A stretch of 63,885 nt of DNA, filler included, from Lenisia limosa (GCA_001655205.1; 12 parts of 12 records of this genome joined end to end with filler, not necessarily neighbours in it), one strand, 5' to 3'. Counted from the whole stretch's first letter, positions 1 through 12,620 are shown. Program-made: numbers and translations. The notes: a model not told the origin generated them from the letters alone.

Positions 1-17
1 CCCCCCCCCCCCCAAAC

Positions 18-2126
18 ATGCATATTCGACACGAGTTTGTCATATTTCCTATTCAACCGGTCGACTTCGGCCTGCTTCTTCTCAATTTCTAAGGTTCGCC
101 GTCTCAACTCGACCTAAAAAAAACCGATAAAATATTGGAGCGAAAGAATGAGAGATTGGGAAATATCTAAAACAAAACAAAAACCCCGTTCGAAACCATA
201 TCTAAGAAGGGGAGAGAGAGAGACAATTGTAAGAATTCATCTTGATTCATTCACTAACTTCCCTTCTTGCTACTATCAACGCCTGATTCATTCGCTTCAT
301 TCGCTATTATCAACGCCCACCTCATAGCGGTCGACAACAGTCTCCTTCTCCTTCAAATCAGCAAGCAATTCTGCGGAATTATCAACGGTAATAGTAGGCT
401 GAAAGTTTTAATTAATTGCATAGAGCCCTAACTCCCCAATCTCAACCTTATTTTGGAGCTTCGTGCAAAAATTTTTTTTGAGGAAATTCATTACAAACTT
501 AGAAATTAAAGATTCTGGAGTAGGGTTTGTTACAATATGTCCGACTTCAAATTTTGATTTTTTTTTTTTTTTTTTTCCCNNNNNNNNNNNNNNNNNNNNN
601 NNNNNNNNNNNNNNNNNNNNNNNNNNNNNNNCTTCCCCCACCTTGTAATCTAGCGCTCTTAGCAGCGTTTTCATCATCAACATTGTAGTGTTGGAGGACC
701 ACGCGAGCGGCGTCATTCTCAACTTTCTTCATTTCGGACTCGGCAATTTCGCGTTCAGCGCGGACCTTTTGCAGTTGTTTTGACGTCACCTGGGGGGAGG
801 GGGGGAAGTAAAATTGGAAAATTTATGACAAAAAAGAAGCCAAAATCAACTCTGTTAGCTAGCACCATATAAGGGCTAAAAAATAACCGGGCCACAATGG
901 ATAATTTATGATACAAAAAATCCAGAATTATTATCTGACCGAAGCCGTCCACACCATCACGACTCTAAGAGATATTGGAGTATAGTATCACAATAAGAAC
1001 ACCCGATTCTACCNNNNNNNNNNNNNNNNNNNNNNNNNNNNNNNNNNNNNNNNNNNNNNNNNNNNNNNNNNNNNNNNNNNNNNNNNNNNNNNNNNNNNNN
1101 NNNNNNNNNNNNNNNNNNNNNNNNNNNNNNNNNNNNNNNNNNNNNNNNNNNNNNNNNNNNNNNGGGTCTTTTCTGAAGGTTTAGATGAATAGAGGTCTTT
1201 TCTGAAGATATAAAGGGTCTGATAAATATTTTGATTAATTTGAGGATTGTACATAATTATTCTATTTACCTCCCCTCTTGTAGCCTATGCAGTTTGATTG
1301 TACCCNNNNNNNNNNNNNNNNNNNNNNNNNNNNNNNNNNNNNNNNNNNNNNNNNNNNNNNNNNNNNNNNNNNNNNNNNNNNNNNNNNNNNNNNNNNNNNN
1401 NNNNNNNNNNNNNNNNNNNNNNNNNNNNNNNNNNNNNNNNNNNNNNNNNNNNNNNNNTGTTTGGTCAATGAGGCCAATTCATTGTTCAGAAGGTGGCACT
1501 CCGATTCAGACGCCTGGCGGGTGTGAGAGGAAAGTGGAAAATGTATGAAAAAGTAAAAGGGAATGAGAGGAAAATGGAAAATTTATGACCGTGAATAAAG
1601 GGGAGTGAATCCCAGTTATGTCTTTTCGGCTATAATATTTAGCAATCTATTTCAGTCTGCTTAAGAGACTAAACACGCATACGTTGAGAGCGTCCTCGGT
1701 TTCTCCTATTGACTTCACCAATACGTTGTACTTATTGAGCGAGGCCTCGGTGTTCTAAAGGCGTTACAGGTCATTATCATTACTAAGCATCATCACCACC
1801 ACTACCATCATAATCATCATCATCATCACCATCATTTTCCCCGTAAAAAGTTATGGTTTTAATGAAAGATGCAACACAACTCCAAGTCCGCCCGGCCCAC
1901 ATTTCGGCTGCTATCGACTTGCTTCTTCAGTGATATCGACTCGTTTTGCGCCTTATTGAGAATCTAAAGCGTTTTAACGAGGCAAATTGAGAATCTAAAG
2001 CGTTTAAAAGAGGCAAATTGAGAATCTAAAGCGTTTAAAAGAGGCAACTTAGAATCTAAAGCGCTTATTGAGAATAGCCAGCGTGTTGTAAAATCATATA
2101 TATAGCAATGAGAAATATCATACTAC

Positions 2127-2160
<34 letters not shown>

Positions 2161-3008
2161 ATTACATACATGATGATATGTAATAATAAATGTATATGTA
2201 TGTATAATATAGTATACTGAAACTCTCCTGATTAGCAATGGTTCGTAAAAAGACTGTCTCCGTAAATCCCCGACAACTATCGATATTTTCCCAAGTTTTT
2301 TCGAACCGAAGCGAAGCTCAATATTGGTCAAAATACCAACCTCAGTGGCTTTCTCGTTTCGATCTTGCTCTTGCTTCACCAACGAGCGATGGCCTCGCTG
2401 GAAATGTGAGTCAGGGGGGGACATAGCTGGAATTTAGCAAATAGCAAAAACCCACCATTAAGGGTGCCGCAGACCCGAAGATTATGACATTATTTTTTAT
2501 CTGATCTGAGCCTAATTTGAGCCTGATCTGTTCTGTGAAGTCTGCAGACCCTTGCCCCCACCATTTCACCACTATATGCATGTAAATTACACCCCCACCC
2601 CCCAACCATTTCGCCCTCGAGAGAAGTCAAATGATCGCGGGTCTTCATGATATCGTCTTGGGTAGCCTAGGCGGAATCAAAAGGGAAAATGTATGAAACA
2701 AAAAAAAAAAAGAAGCCCAAAATCAACTCTGTTCAGCTAACAACAACAAAACAAAAAAAAAGCCCAAGCCGGTTGCTTCTGCAGCACCACACCCCATCAC
2801 TCGGCTAGTGAAAATACAATATGATATGTATGACTCAGAACAAGCCAAAAAACCAAGTAAAAATAGCCCGCAACCTTCAACGCGTTATCACGGCGCTGCA
2901 GGCCGACCAAACTACTCTGCCACTCCTGCATCAACTGGTTCTTAACGAGGACAACAGCGTCCATTTCGCGGCCGGCTTCTTTGACTGTTTCCGCCGCCGC
3001 CGCCGCCT
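18..3008 (-). CDS. CCDC40: Coiled-coil domain-containing protein 40 (axonemal 96-nm ruler), partial, multi-exon
   Basis: GT-AG exons join in frame: ~3008-2872 (AAAETVKEAGREMDAVVLVKNQLMQEWQSSLVGLQRRDNALK, matching the CCDC40 motif EKKQLLQQWKSSLIGMQRRDEAL), 2666-~2607, ~2398-2342, 1963-1901, 1754-1683, 1513-~1458, 789-642, 370-321, 113-18 (LKEKETVVDRYEVELRRRTLEIEKKQAEVDRLNRKYDKL). 5' part is cut by the linker at 3053. Confidence 0.9.
790..875 (-). repeat. Family B repeat (3' part) forming the acceptor of a CCDC40 intron
   Basis: cagagttgattttggc...cataaattttccaattttacttcc...cccccAG directly precedes the exon starting at 789. Confidence 0.8.
2667..2803 (-). repeat. Family B repeat ending at a CCDC40 acceptor
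   Basis: gagtgatgggg...ggtgctgcagaag...gggcttt...cagagttgattttgggc...ccgcctAG. Confidence 0.85.
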
Positions 3009-3108
3009 NNNNNNNNNNNNNNNNNNNNNNNNNNNNNNNNNNNNNNNNNNNNTTAATTAATTAANNNNNNNNNNNNNNNNNNNNNNNNNNNNNNNNNNNN
3101 NNNNNNNN
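3009..3108. other. Artificial scaffold linker N44-TTAATTAATTAA-N44 (TTAATTAATTAA at 3053, 9400, 12374, 14317, 24326, 30721, 49050, 52214, 55151, 59835, 62684)
   Basis: Identical 100-bp structure occurs 11 times; the 12-mer has stops in all six frames; genes are truncated at these points. Confidence 0.97.
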
Positions 3109-3378
3109 TGATGACAAAGAGCATATCATATAAGGGGAATGATGACAAAGAGCATATCATATAAGGGGGGGGGTAATTATAATCTCGCCCCCTCCCGAAG
3201 ACTGATAATTGGGGATTCCCTACAGTCCAAAAAAGACTGTCACAATGACAATATTTGTTGACGATTTATAGAGAAGTTAAGTCAATTTCTGGATCATAGT
3301 GAAGTACTATTCCGATAAAACAAGAGAAAACATCACTATTCACCCCCGGGTTATTATCCATATTCACCCCCTCTCTAC

Positions 3379-6300
3379 CTTGGATCTTGGAAGAGGGTTT
3401 TGTCGGAATAACCATGAACCTGAGGTGATTAGAGTGGTTTGTTTGCATATGATATGATGATACCATACATATCATATGTAATCAAGATAATACGTGCAGT
3501 GACCGAGATAAGTCTTGACGATTTGCCATGATTTCCCACGGAAAATAGTCAAGACTTCGGTCACTGTTGCTACATCATATGCATATGATATGTAGAAACT
3601 AACAAGAATATGGCCGAAACCATCCCTCCCAAACCTTGAAAAGAGTGGGGTCGTCGGCTTTGGAGGCGTTGGAGGAAACTGTTCCTTTTCGCGTCCTTTC
3701 AGGGTCACTATTTACCTAATAAGGTAAGTATAAGGTAAAGACTTGCCTAATATGGAAAGTAAAGGGGTAATAACTCACATCCTAATTCCATCCAAAATTA
3801 TTCAAACTCCCCACCCCCCACATCCAAATTATATGCCAGCCAACAGAATTGATTATGGGGCTTTTTGTTTCATAAATGTTCCATTATCTCACAATTCCAA
3901 ATCATATCACGATTACAGTGACCAGAATAAGTCTTGACCGATTTGCTCTGTAATTTCCCAATGAATTAGGTTAAGAATAATTGCGGTGATTTCCCAAGGA
4001 AAATCGGTCAAGAAGATTGATTCCGGTCACTGAAACACTTAGTCCCCCCCCCCCCACATCAGGCCGAACCGTAGCTCTTAATTTCTCGAGTTTATCTTCT
4101 GTTGCTTTTCGCTCCTTCAAATACAGCTCTTTCTCCATTTGGAGCTGGAAAACAATGAGTAAACAAAGGAAGACAATCAATGAATTGGCAAAAAGATAAG
4201 ATAAGTCTAAAATGAGATATTATACTATTTGTAGCTCAAAGAAAGATTGTGAAGTATTGAATTTCACCATGCACACTGCCATAAGTCATACACTATCATA
4301 TATGCATATTCCACACCCCCTCCCTCCCACGTTCTCTCGCCTCTCCTCCGCAACTTCCTTTCGATATTCAATACGGTTTTGGTTCACCTATGAGGGTTAG
4401 CGGAGGTATGCAGAAAGCTATGTGCATACATCGATAAAAAAAAATATTATCATTATATCCTCAAAAAATCCCAATAATATTGAGAAAATCACTCGATGTC
4501 AGTTGACATATCGCGCTGCAATAATACACAGAACGGCGATGGAGAATGACAATAGCTTCCTCAATATACACACTATCCCCCCACAATCATTCGCTCCGCC
4601 TTTTCTCTCAGCTCCCTTTCAGCTCGCTCTTGCTCCCTCTTCTCTGACTCAAATTGCTTCTCTGCCTAAAGAGGTAAACACAACCGTATATTTACCATAG
4701 TTTGTGTGAACGACATCTGGCAAGAATAAAGGGTAGCCTGACAGTTACAATTTCCCAAATTGGCATAGTCCCATGAGTCTGTACAAATATCATGCTATTC
4801 TACCTGGCGTTAAACTTCTTTGNNNNNNNNNNNNNNNNNNNNNNNNNNNNNNNNNNNNNNNNNNNNNNNNNNNNNNNNNNNNNNNNNNNNNNNNNNNNNN
4901 NNNNNNNNNNNNNNNNNNNNNNNNNNNNNCTCTTCCTTATCTTCCTCTTCCTCGATCAGACGCTCAACTTCAACGTAGGCCAATTCAAGGCGGGAGGCAA
5001 GGTCAGCTATTTGCTTCTAGAAAAATCAAAAAATATTGTTTGAAAATAACTTATAAAAAAACAAAAAGGGGGGGTTCGATATTTGCGTCTAAAATAAAAA
5101 AAATAATAAGCCAATTCAAGACGAATAACTAGAGAAATACAAAAAAAGGTGTGGGGGGATAAAACAAAAGAGTATTTTGTTCAAATATAGAAACATATTA
5201 TAGAGAGAGAAATGTGCCAAGTGAGTATATATGATATAGAATAATATACCCGATTTTACCCGATTTTTTATAAACTTTTTGAACAGTTGCCCTCTTACAA
5301 CGTGAACATCATTAAAAATCATTGGAAATATGAAATAATAACCAAATGTTATGAGACTTCCGCAAACTTAATTCAAATCTAAGAACATCGCAAAATGACA
5401 ATAGTAGCATGATTTAGTCCCGATTTTTGAAGAAAATTTGTCCGGGCGCCCGGCCCGGAGTGCCAAATTTCCTGGAATTTGTGTGAAATTTTACATTTGG
5501 TTATTATTTCATATTTCCAACAGTTTTTAATGATGTTCACGTTGTATGAGGGCAAACTGTTCAAAAAGTTAATAAAAAAACGGGTAAAATCGGGTTTAGT
5601 GTCGTAAGCATATATGATATGATCTGCATGAAGCAATAAAATAAGAAATGGTGGTTGTCAAGAGGCTGAAAGAAGCTTATAAAATATGAATATTTATCGA
5701 ACAGTTCTCGGAAACATTTGCGTTAATTGGAAAACAAAACATTTAAGCCCTCCCGTTGCCCCAACCTCTATATGCGCCTCGATTTGAGGAATTGTTTCTT
5801 CATGCTTCATAAAACCTGGGAGATGAGCTTATCTTATCAGTCTTTATTAGGCCTCATTTCTGTCCGAAAAAATAATTGTATCGCTCGATATATCCTCGAT
5901 AAATATATACAACAATATTTTACCAGTCTGTTTCAGATGGAGTATAGAATTTTGTCGGACAGATAAACAAATATGAGTTTAATACATCTCAACTCTATCG
6001 CAGGGAAATACTCTTCTTGCCTTAATAGGCCTTCACTTCGGTTCCAAAAAAGACTGGAACAAAATCGATATTTATCGAGAATTTATTGAGACTTATCGAG
6101 GATTCATTGAGCTTTATGGATTTATCACGAATGCTATCACCTAAAATTCGTAACCCCCCGCTGGCGTACAATCATCCCCCACCACTAGGGCTTCCCTACG
6201 GTCCAAAACAATCCGTTTAATTATCGATATTTATCGAGGATTTATCGGGAGATTCGGTCTTTTTTCGGACCATAAGGAAGTCCAACCACTAAGTCCCCCA

Positions 6301-6410
6301 ATATTACAACTACTTTCCAATAAAACAACATGCCCCACAATACAGCCCCCCCACGCTTGATTTCCAGCTCTGCAAGGTTGGCTGCAGCGTCCCCCTCTTC
6401 TGCCTCCTCC
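3379..6410 (-). CDS. Coiled-coil protein, CCDC148-like C-terminal region, partial
   Basis: In-frame exons 5016-~4930 (KQIADLASRLELAYVEVERLIEEEED), ~4660-4585, ~4392-4330, ~4146-4070, ~3718-3640, 3419-3379 give ...DPTLFKVHGYSDKTLFQDPR, resembling the CCDC148 C-terminus (PLFxxxxYxxxxxxxDPR). Upstream exons near 5400-5480, 5770-5815 and 6350-6410 are less certain. Confidence 0.6.
3836..3895 (+). repeat. Family B fragment, antisense to the host gene
   Basis: cagccaacagaattgattatggggctttttgtttcataaat on + inside a minus-strand gene intron. Confidence 0.7.
3916..4032. mobile_element. MITE family C (CAGTGACC...GGTCACTG); other copies at 3497-3566 and 61042-61115
   Basis: Long imperfect TIRs cagtgacc..aagtcttgaccgattt / aaatcggtcaaga..ggtcactg. 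Confidence 0.8.
6186..6283. mobile_element. MITE family A (TIR type 2); further copies at ~2240-2319, 3211, 6028, 6751-6803, 7240-7312, 8093-8170, 10071-10133
   Basis: Ends gggcttccctacggtcc...ggaccataaggaagtcc with the shared core atcgatatttatcgaggatttatcg. Confidence 0.75.
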
Positions 6411-9400
6411 TGATAGGGTAAAAAATTGGTCTGAGTAGGGGAGTAAAAGGTTAGCAAATGATCTACTACTCCTGTGCTTAAGAGTAAATGTAGGGCTTCG
6501 TGCAATTAATTATTTGAAGAAATTAATTGACAAAATTAGAAATTAATGTGTCTGAAAAGGATTTTCGTCACGATGTCCCACGTCAAATTTTGCAATTATT
6601 ATTGCAAAACAACAGCTCCCACATAAATCTTTACCTCTTAATACCTCCCCCCCCCCCCNNNNNNNNNNNNNNNNNNNNNNNNNNNNNNNNNNNNNNNNNN
6701 NNNNNNNNNNNNNNNNNNNNNNNNNNNNNNNNNNNNNNNNNNNNNNNNNTTCTCGATAAATCCTCGATATTTCACCGGTCTTTTTGTGACCGAAGTGAAG
6801 CCCTCATCAAAAACAAACACAATCCCCATAACAACAACATTTATCACCCCTCCAAGATCCTCTATTAACCCCCCCCCCCACNNNNNNNNNNNNNNNNNNN
6901 NNNNNNNNNNNNNNNNNNNNNNNNNNNNNNNNNNNNNNNNNNNNNNNNNNNNNNNNNNNNNNNNNNNNNNNNNNNNNNNNNNNNNNNNNNNNNNNNNNNN
7001 NNNNNNNNNNNNNNNNNNNNNNNNNNNNNNTCTCATAATAGGCTTGCTGGGTGGGGGGGGGGAGTTAAATTGGAAAATTTATGAAAAAAAAACGCTTTTT
7101 TTTCAAGGAAGAAAATAAATTAAATGAACAAAATAAAACAATGCAGCAAAATAAAAAAAAAACAAAAAGAGAGAGAGAGGAGATTGGTAAAAAAGCGAAT
7201 GATTTTTATATTGCAAGTATTAAAAAAATATATAACAAAACGATCGATATACTATTGAAATATATCGATGATTTATCGAGAAATTCAGTCTTTTTCGAAC
7301 CATAGTGAAGCATTAAAAAAAATAAAAATAAACAAATGCTTTAAAAACAAATAACCAAGCAATAAACATCAGAAATACTGTCTCCCAAGATGCATCTATA
7401 ATATTATATGACATGTATAAAGAACGCTTGTTTTGAAACAGTAGATATCATAAAGCATAATTCATGCATAGTTTGGAAAAGTATGGTTGAATCGCGACAT
7501 CCTAGCGGCACTGTCGTCTATGGGGGAGGTATGTAGGGTAATGTTATCAAATAACTATCACCACAGTTTGCTCCTAAAAGGGCATCAACAACAAGAACAA
7601 TGTCGATGAATAAGTGCACATGGGCAAGGATGAGATGACTGCCAAGCTTATCCAGGTGATATTTTTTGTTGTCCTCATTTAGTTTTTGGGGGAATTCTGT
7701 GATGTGCCCTGAGTGCTTCATAACAATCTAGGTGATGGTCCGAGCCGGTAGAGGTGAGGTCCGCGGCGATTGCCATCTGGTCGTTCTTTCCCACACCCAC
7801 ATCGATACAGAAGAGATGCAGCTGGCCGGCACCAACACGACCCAAGCCAAGTACAACCTTTATTTCAGAAGACGACACTACCCCATAAAATTCTTACTCT
7901 CCAGAAACAGAAGAAAGCGGTATCATTCCTTCGCATCATACCTCTCCCATAAACACAATGATTTTGTTTGCTATTTATATTTAAGAATCCTGTACATTCC
8001 TCTTTTGGCACGCGACACCCTTACTCGAAGCTTCCGCTAAGGCTACTGAGGTGGGTTTCCCCACAAAAGGAGTATCAGCCTTGGGTATTTTTAGAGCTTC
8101 ACTTTCGGTTCCAAATGGAATTCTCGATAAATCCTCGATACATATCGCTATTTTACACGCGTTTCGGAACTTTTCATGCTTGTGTTACACACTCTTGTCC
8201 CCCCCCCCTCTTTCTTTTTCAAATCCGTCAACAAAAACTAAATACTTCACCCACGGGAAATAAAACACGAATAAAACAGTACATGGGTTGACCCGCGAAA
8301 TCACCCTGAACCCAGGTATCCCGCAGGGAAGCCCGTTATTTCTTTGAGCGATGGGGAATGAAGACCAATGCCTCAAAAACGATCTGCCTCTCAACCAAAG
8401 CGGAAAAGGTAAAATTCCTGGTGGGAGGTTCAAGCCTGGAGGCGACTACGAGAGTGACCAGGCTGCTGCGGATGGCTTGGTACCAGAAGAGAGGTGAAGG
8501 AGAAAGTAGCCGCAATTCTACAAGAAAAGAACTCCATCACCTGCGCGCTTATCAAAAAGTCAAGGAGATGTCACCTTCGAACCTAGCGAGAATTCTACGC
8601 CTCCGTTAGGTACATTCTTCCAATCTGCCCACCCAGTCAAACAGAGCAACTATTTTTTTTTGTGTTTTTGTGTTACTATTTAGCAAAAAAACACTCGGCC
8701 CTGCCATAACCGTTTCGGTTAATTTTTCTGCATTTGCTTTTCTTTAGTTGTGTAAACACCTATTCTCATCATATGTTATTCTCTAGCTCACAATGAAATG
8801 ACCTTCACAAAGCTAAAAGCTTTATTGTTGATTGATGCGTCAAAGCAAAATGTTTGCCCTTGTGTGGTGTTTGCCTTTTTGAAATAATATCGTATCATTT
8901 ACTTAATGCTATGATGTAAGCCCCTTCAAGGTTTGTTCGATTCGGTCTATTTTTATTAAGATGTCCTTCCCTTTTTAGTAATAATCGGCCTTAGCATCTC
9001 AGTGCATCTCTCGCAACACCTACAAGTGGAACGTCGCAATTGCAGCGTAGCTATTGGCAGCAGTGAAAGCTGAGAGGACGCACTCCTCAAAGCGCCATCT
9101 GCATCACCTGGTACACACCGATTTCAGTTTTATTAAAATAGTTGCAAGTCAATTATTAAAAATTGCTGAATCTGTGTGCTAGTTTCAATAGTGACTTTAC
9201 TGAAAAAAAGGACTAGTGATCTTGACTGCATAGTGCAATAATATACAGAGATGAGAAATAATAACAATAAAAATAATAAATATTCATATCATAATAATAT
9301 TAAAACCACGAAAACACTAAATAATTAAAAAAATATAATAATTATTAATAATAACNNNNNNNNNNNNNNNNNNNNNNNNNNNNNNNNNNNNNNNNNNNNT

Positions 9401-9549
9401 TAATTAATTAANNNNNNNNNNNNNNNNNNNNNNNNNNNNNNNNNNNNNNNNNNNNTAGATTGTGTATCACTGCAGAGGAATATCATAACACACCAATCAA
9501 GATTAACACAAAACAAAACAAAAACACCAAAAAGAGGATGTCAAACCAC

Positions 9550-10495
9550 ATGCATACCGAATGGTGTTAAATTTCTCAACGAGGCGCCAATGTCGGCACT
9601 TGAAAGGCTTCCGAAGATGCTCCAGCAGAGTTTGAGAGTTCTGAAGGGTGAGCAGAAATGTGCTTGGTAGGAATAAGAATTAAGAATCTCAAAATCATCC
9701 AAGTATATCACTCTCTCACTACGGCGCATCGACTTGGGATTCTTGTGAAAACGTTGGAATATTGTACAAAAGATCCCATGGAATTTTATGGAAAGTCAAA
9801 GAAATTTATGGGATTCTCAAATAATACATGGGAATCCCAAGTTGATGTGCTGCAGTGATGTGAAACGTGATGACTCAAACGGCCAGCGGACCCACCCGGT
9901 CCCTGAGCCTGATGAAGACTCCGCGGTTCAAGGGCAGCACCAGCTCCAACTGTGCCATTTCTTGCTCAATGCCGGAGTGGAAGCTTTGCATCTTTCGGAG
10001 AAGCGAGAAAATAAACGGCTCGCCATACTGCAGGGTTAGTAAGGTTCTGTAAAATGGGCCATGGATGTAGTGCTTCACTTTATATATCCTCCACGAAAAC
10101 TATCGATATTTTCCCAAACCGAAGTGAAGCCTTACATGTAGTATATAATATTCAAAACTTGAAGGAGACGATAGTGAGTACTACATGGTATTGAACTACC
10201 CTCCTCCACCCCCACTGGTTCCAAGGAGNNNNNNNNNNNNNNNNNNNNNNNNNNNNNNNNNNNNNNNNNNNNNNNNNNNNNNNNNNNNNNNNNNNNNNNN
10301 NNNNNNNNNNNNNNNNNNNNNNNNNNNNNNNNNNNNNNNNNNNNNNNNNNNNNNNNNNNNNNNNNNNNNNNNNNNNNNNNNNNNNNNNNNNNNNNNNNNN
10401 NNNNNNNTGTTGGAGTAGGACGAGAGGATGGGGTACGCGTTGGGAGTGGACGCCGTCTCGAGCATGCTGAAAAGTGCAAATGTTCCGTCCTGATT
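9550..10495 (+). CDS. Unknown protein, partial exons
   Basis: GC-richer segments with GT donors: ...NGVKFLNEAPMSALERLPKMLQQSLRVLK|gtgagc (~9650) and PDEDSAVQGQHQLQLCHFLLNAGVEALHLSEKRENKRLAILQG|gttagt (~10035); possible last exon near 10420-10495. No family recognised. Confidence 0.35.
9734..9840. repeat. Family G short TIR repeat; second copy at 57185-57300
   Basis: Both start atcgacttgggattcttgtgaaaacgttggaat and end ggaatccc, giving TGGGATTC/GAATCCC inverted ends. Confidence 0.75.
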
Positions 10496-10625
10496 GGGTG
10501 AATGTTTGACAAAGATCCAGTATTATGTCCTCTGAAGTACATTAAAAGAACTGAAAATTTGAGTACAATTGGCTTTAATTGACATCAGTTTTAGCAATGT
10601 GCTAGGCAATCAATGATCAGCTCAC

Positions 10626-12199
10626 ATCAAGAGGGGCAGTCGGGTCAGCACCATAGTTCAGAAGGATTTCACTCAGCTTGAGTGTGCTGTATCTCAACAC
10701 GCGAACTGCAATACTGAGAGCTGTGGTGCCCTGAAAAGGTAAGTTATCTCTATGTTGGGCTAGAGACTACAATCAAATATTTCTATTACAAAGAAGTAAG
10801 CAACCGATATTTGAGCTTCATAATCATAAGATAAACTACAATACTGAGAGCTGTGGTGCCCTGAAAAGGTAAGTTATCTCTATGTTGGGCTAGAGACTAC
10901 AATCAAATATTTCTATTACAAAGAAGTAAGCAACCGATATTTGAGCTTCATAATCATAAGATATTTGAGCTTCAAACAGATTTGCTACTCTCAACTGGAA
11001 GCTAACCTTCGGGTAGACCTCCAGATCTCGCACAACCTCTCTCGACGCGGCTATATTGGTATTGCACCCTTCATCACAGAGAACAGAGAGATTGCGACGC
11101 GAGCGCTCATGCGTGGCGTACATGGCGGCTGTCCAGCCAAACTACACCGTGAGTGGCAAGTAGGGCTCCGAAGCAATTCATTGAAAAAAATAATTGCAAA
11201 ATATGAAGTGTGACATATTGTCATGGGAACCTCATTTCAGACACTTTAATTTCAAGTTTTGCCAAATTCTTCAAAAAAATTTATTATCCGTAGCCGTGGT
11301 AGCAAGCCTCGGTAGTGTGGGGCCCGAAGTTCAGAATTGATTGGTGGAAGATATCGGGATATTAACATGAATTTTATACAACAGTCAAAAGCAGGAATTG
11401 GGGGCATGACAGCAAACCTCATCCACGTCATCGAGATCCGAGAAGACGGGAAGAAGAAGAAGGAGACACTCGTCCGAGTTGCGACAACATGCTTTCATCA
11501 GAGGCGTGACACCATGCTAAAAGGTAAGATAAAACAACCTGGGGATGCATAGATGAGTGACCCAAGATGAAAGCATGAAGACAACCTTGTCAGCAAGGGT
11601 GGCGCAACACTTGTTGTTCAGCAAGAGCTTGAGGATGGTGGAGTGGCCTGTTTCACAAGCCATCGACACTGCCGAGCTTCCTTCCTAAATATGGTAACTA
11701 CTAATAGCTGTAGTGTCAACATAAAGTGCTGCTGACTAAAGAAGATAATTCAAACAAAAGCAGCCAGAATGGTCGTTCATGTCATCCCATAATATGTATG
11801 TTATACATGGGGCCTACAGGGTACATGGCAGTGGAGTGGACGTGTTGGGCAATGGATTGAGTTGCCGGCGCCGTATCGACAGTCAGCAGATTGGCCACTG
11901 CCTCGGCATTTCCCTCAGCAACAGCGTACATCAAAGGCGTCCAGCCGTACTGCTGTGTCAGACGGGCTTCCCTATGGTCCCAAAAAAGACGGAATTTTTC
12001 GCTAAATCCTCTATACATATCGATATTTTCCCAGTCTTTTTGGACCGTAGGGAAGCCCTACTTCGGGAATACTTGTCCCATTCCCTCGGCCAACCTGGTC
12101 AAACGTATCCGCACCCGCGTTGTTTCGGATTAAAGTGGCCATGACGGCCATGTCTCCAATATGCAGGGCTGCTGCGACAGGGCTGCTTCCGACCGGAAT
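10626..12199 (-). CDS. Ankyrin-repeat protein, partial
   Basis: Successive exons each encode about one ankyrin repeat: IPVGSSPVAAALHIGD, QYGWTPLMYAVAEGNAEAVANLL, EGSSAVSMACETGHSTILKLLL, HGVTPLMKACCRNSDECLLLLL, FGWTAAMYATH, GTTALSIAVR...LLNYGADP. All are bounded by GT/AG. Confidence 0.85.
11963..12060. mobile_element. MITE family A, intact type-2 copy in an ankyrin-gene intron
   Basis: gggcttccctatggtcccaaaaaagac...gtctttttggaccgtagggaagccc-ta. Confidence 0.88.
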
Positions 12200-12434
12200 C
12201 TACTCAGTAATGTTCATCATCGATTACAGCATGTGTGTAGAAGTAATACCTGTAAAAAAAACAAGTTCACTTGAGTAATACTCTCCCAACTACGGCCATA
12301 AAGCCCCCCCCCCCCCCTGACCGAGACCANNNNNNNNNNNNNNNNNNNNNNNNNNNNNNNNNNNNNNNNNNNNTTAATTAATTAANNNNNNNNNNNNNNN
12401 NNNNNNNNNNNNNNNNNNNNNNNNNNNNNCATGA

Positions 12435-12530
12435 CGAAAGTTGGAAAATTTATGAAACAAAAAAAAAGGCCCAAATCAAGTTTGTTGGCTAACACACGAG
12501 GGTTGATCACAACAACAACATCGGTTAGAT
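12435..12530 (-). repeat. Family B repeat in a CDC5L intron
   Basis: aaccctcgtgtgttagccaacaaacttgatttgggcc...cataaattttccaa. Confidence 0.8.
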
Positions 12531-12620
12531 CCCTCGTAGTAACAAAAGAACCCAGTAGAATTTAGACAAATTATTCTGAAAAACAACCTTTTAACGCCAC
12601 CCCCTCTACACCTCGCCCAC

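Noticed and set aside
1953-2074. CRISPR-like array of ~31-bp repeats (also 27906 and 62580)
   Set aside because: Head-to-tail units without unique spacers, eukaryotic context, no cas genes.
3053-3064. Recurrent palindrome TTAATTAATTAA as a biological motif
   Set aside because: Always embedded in exactly 44+44 Ns; an assembly spacer.
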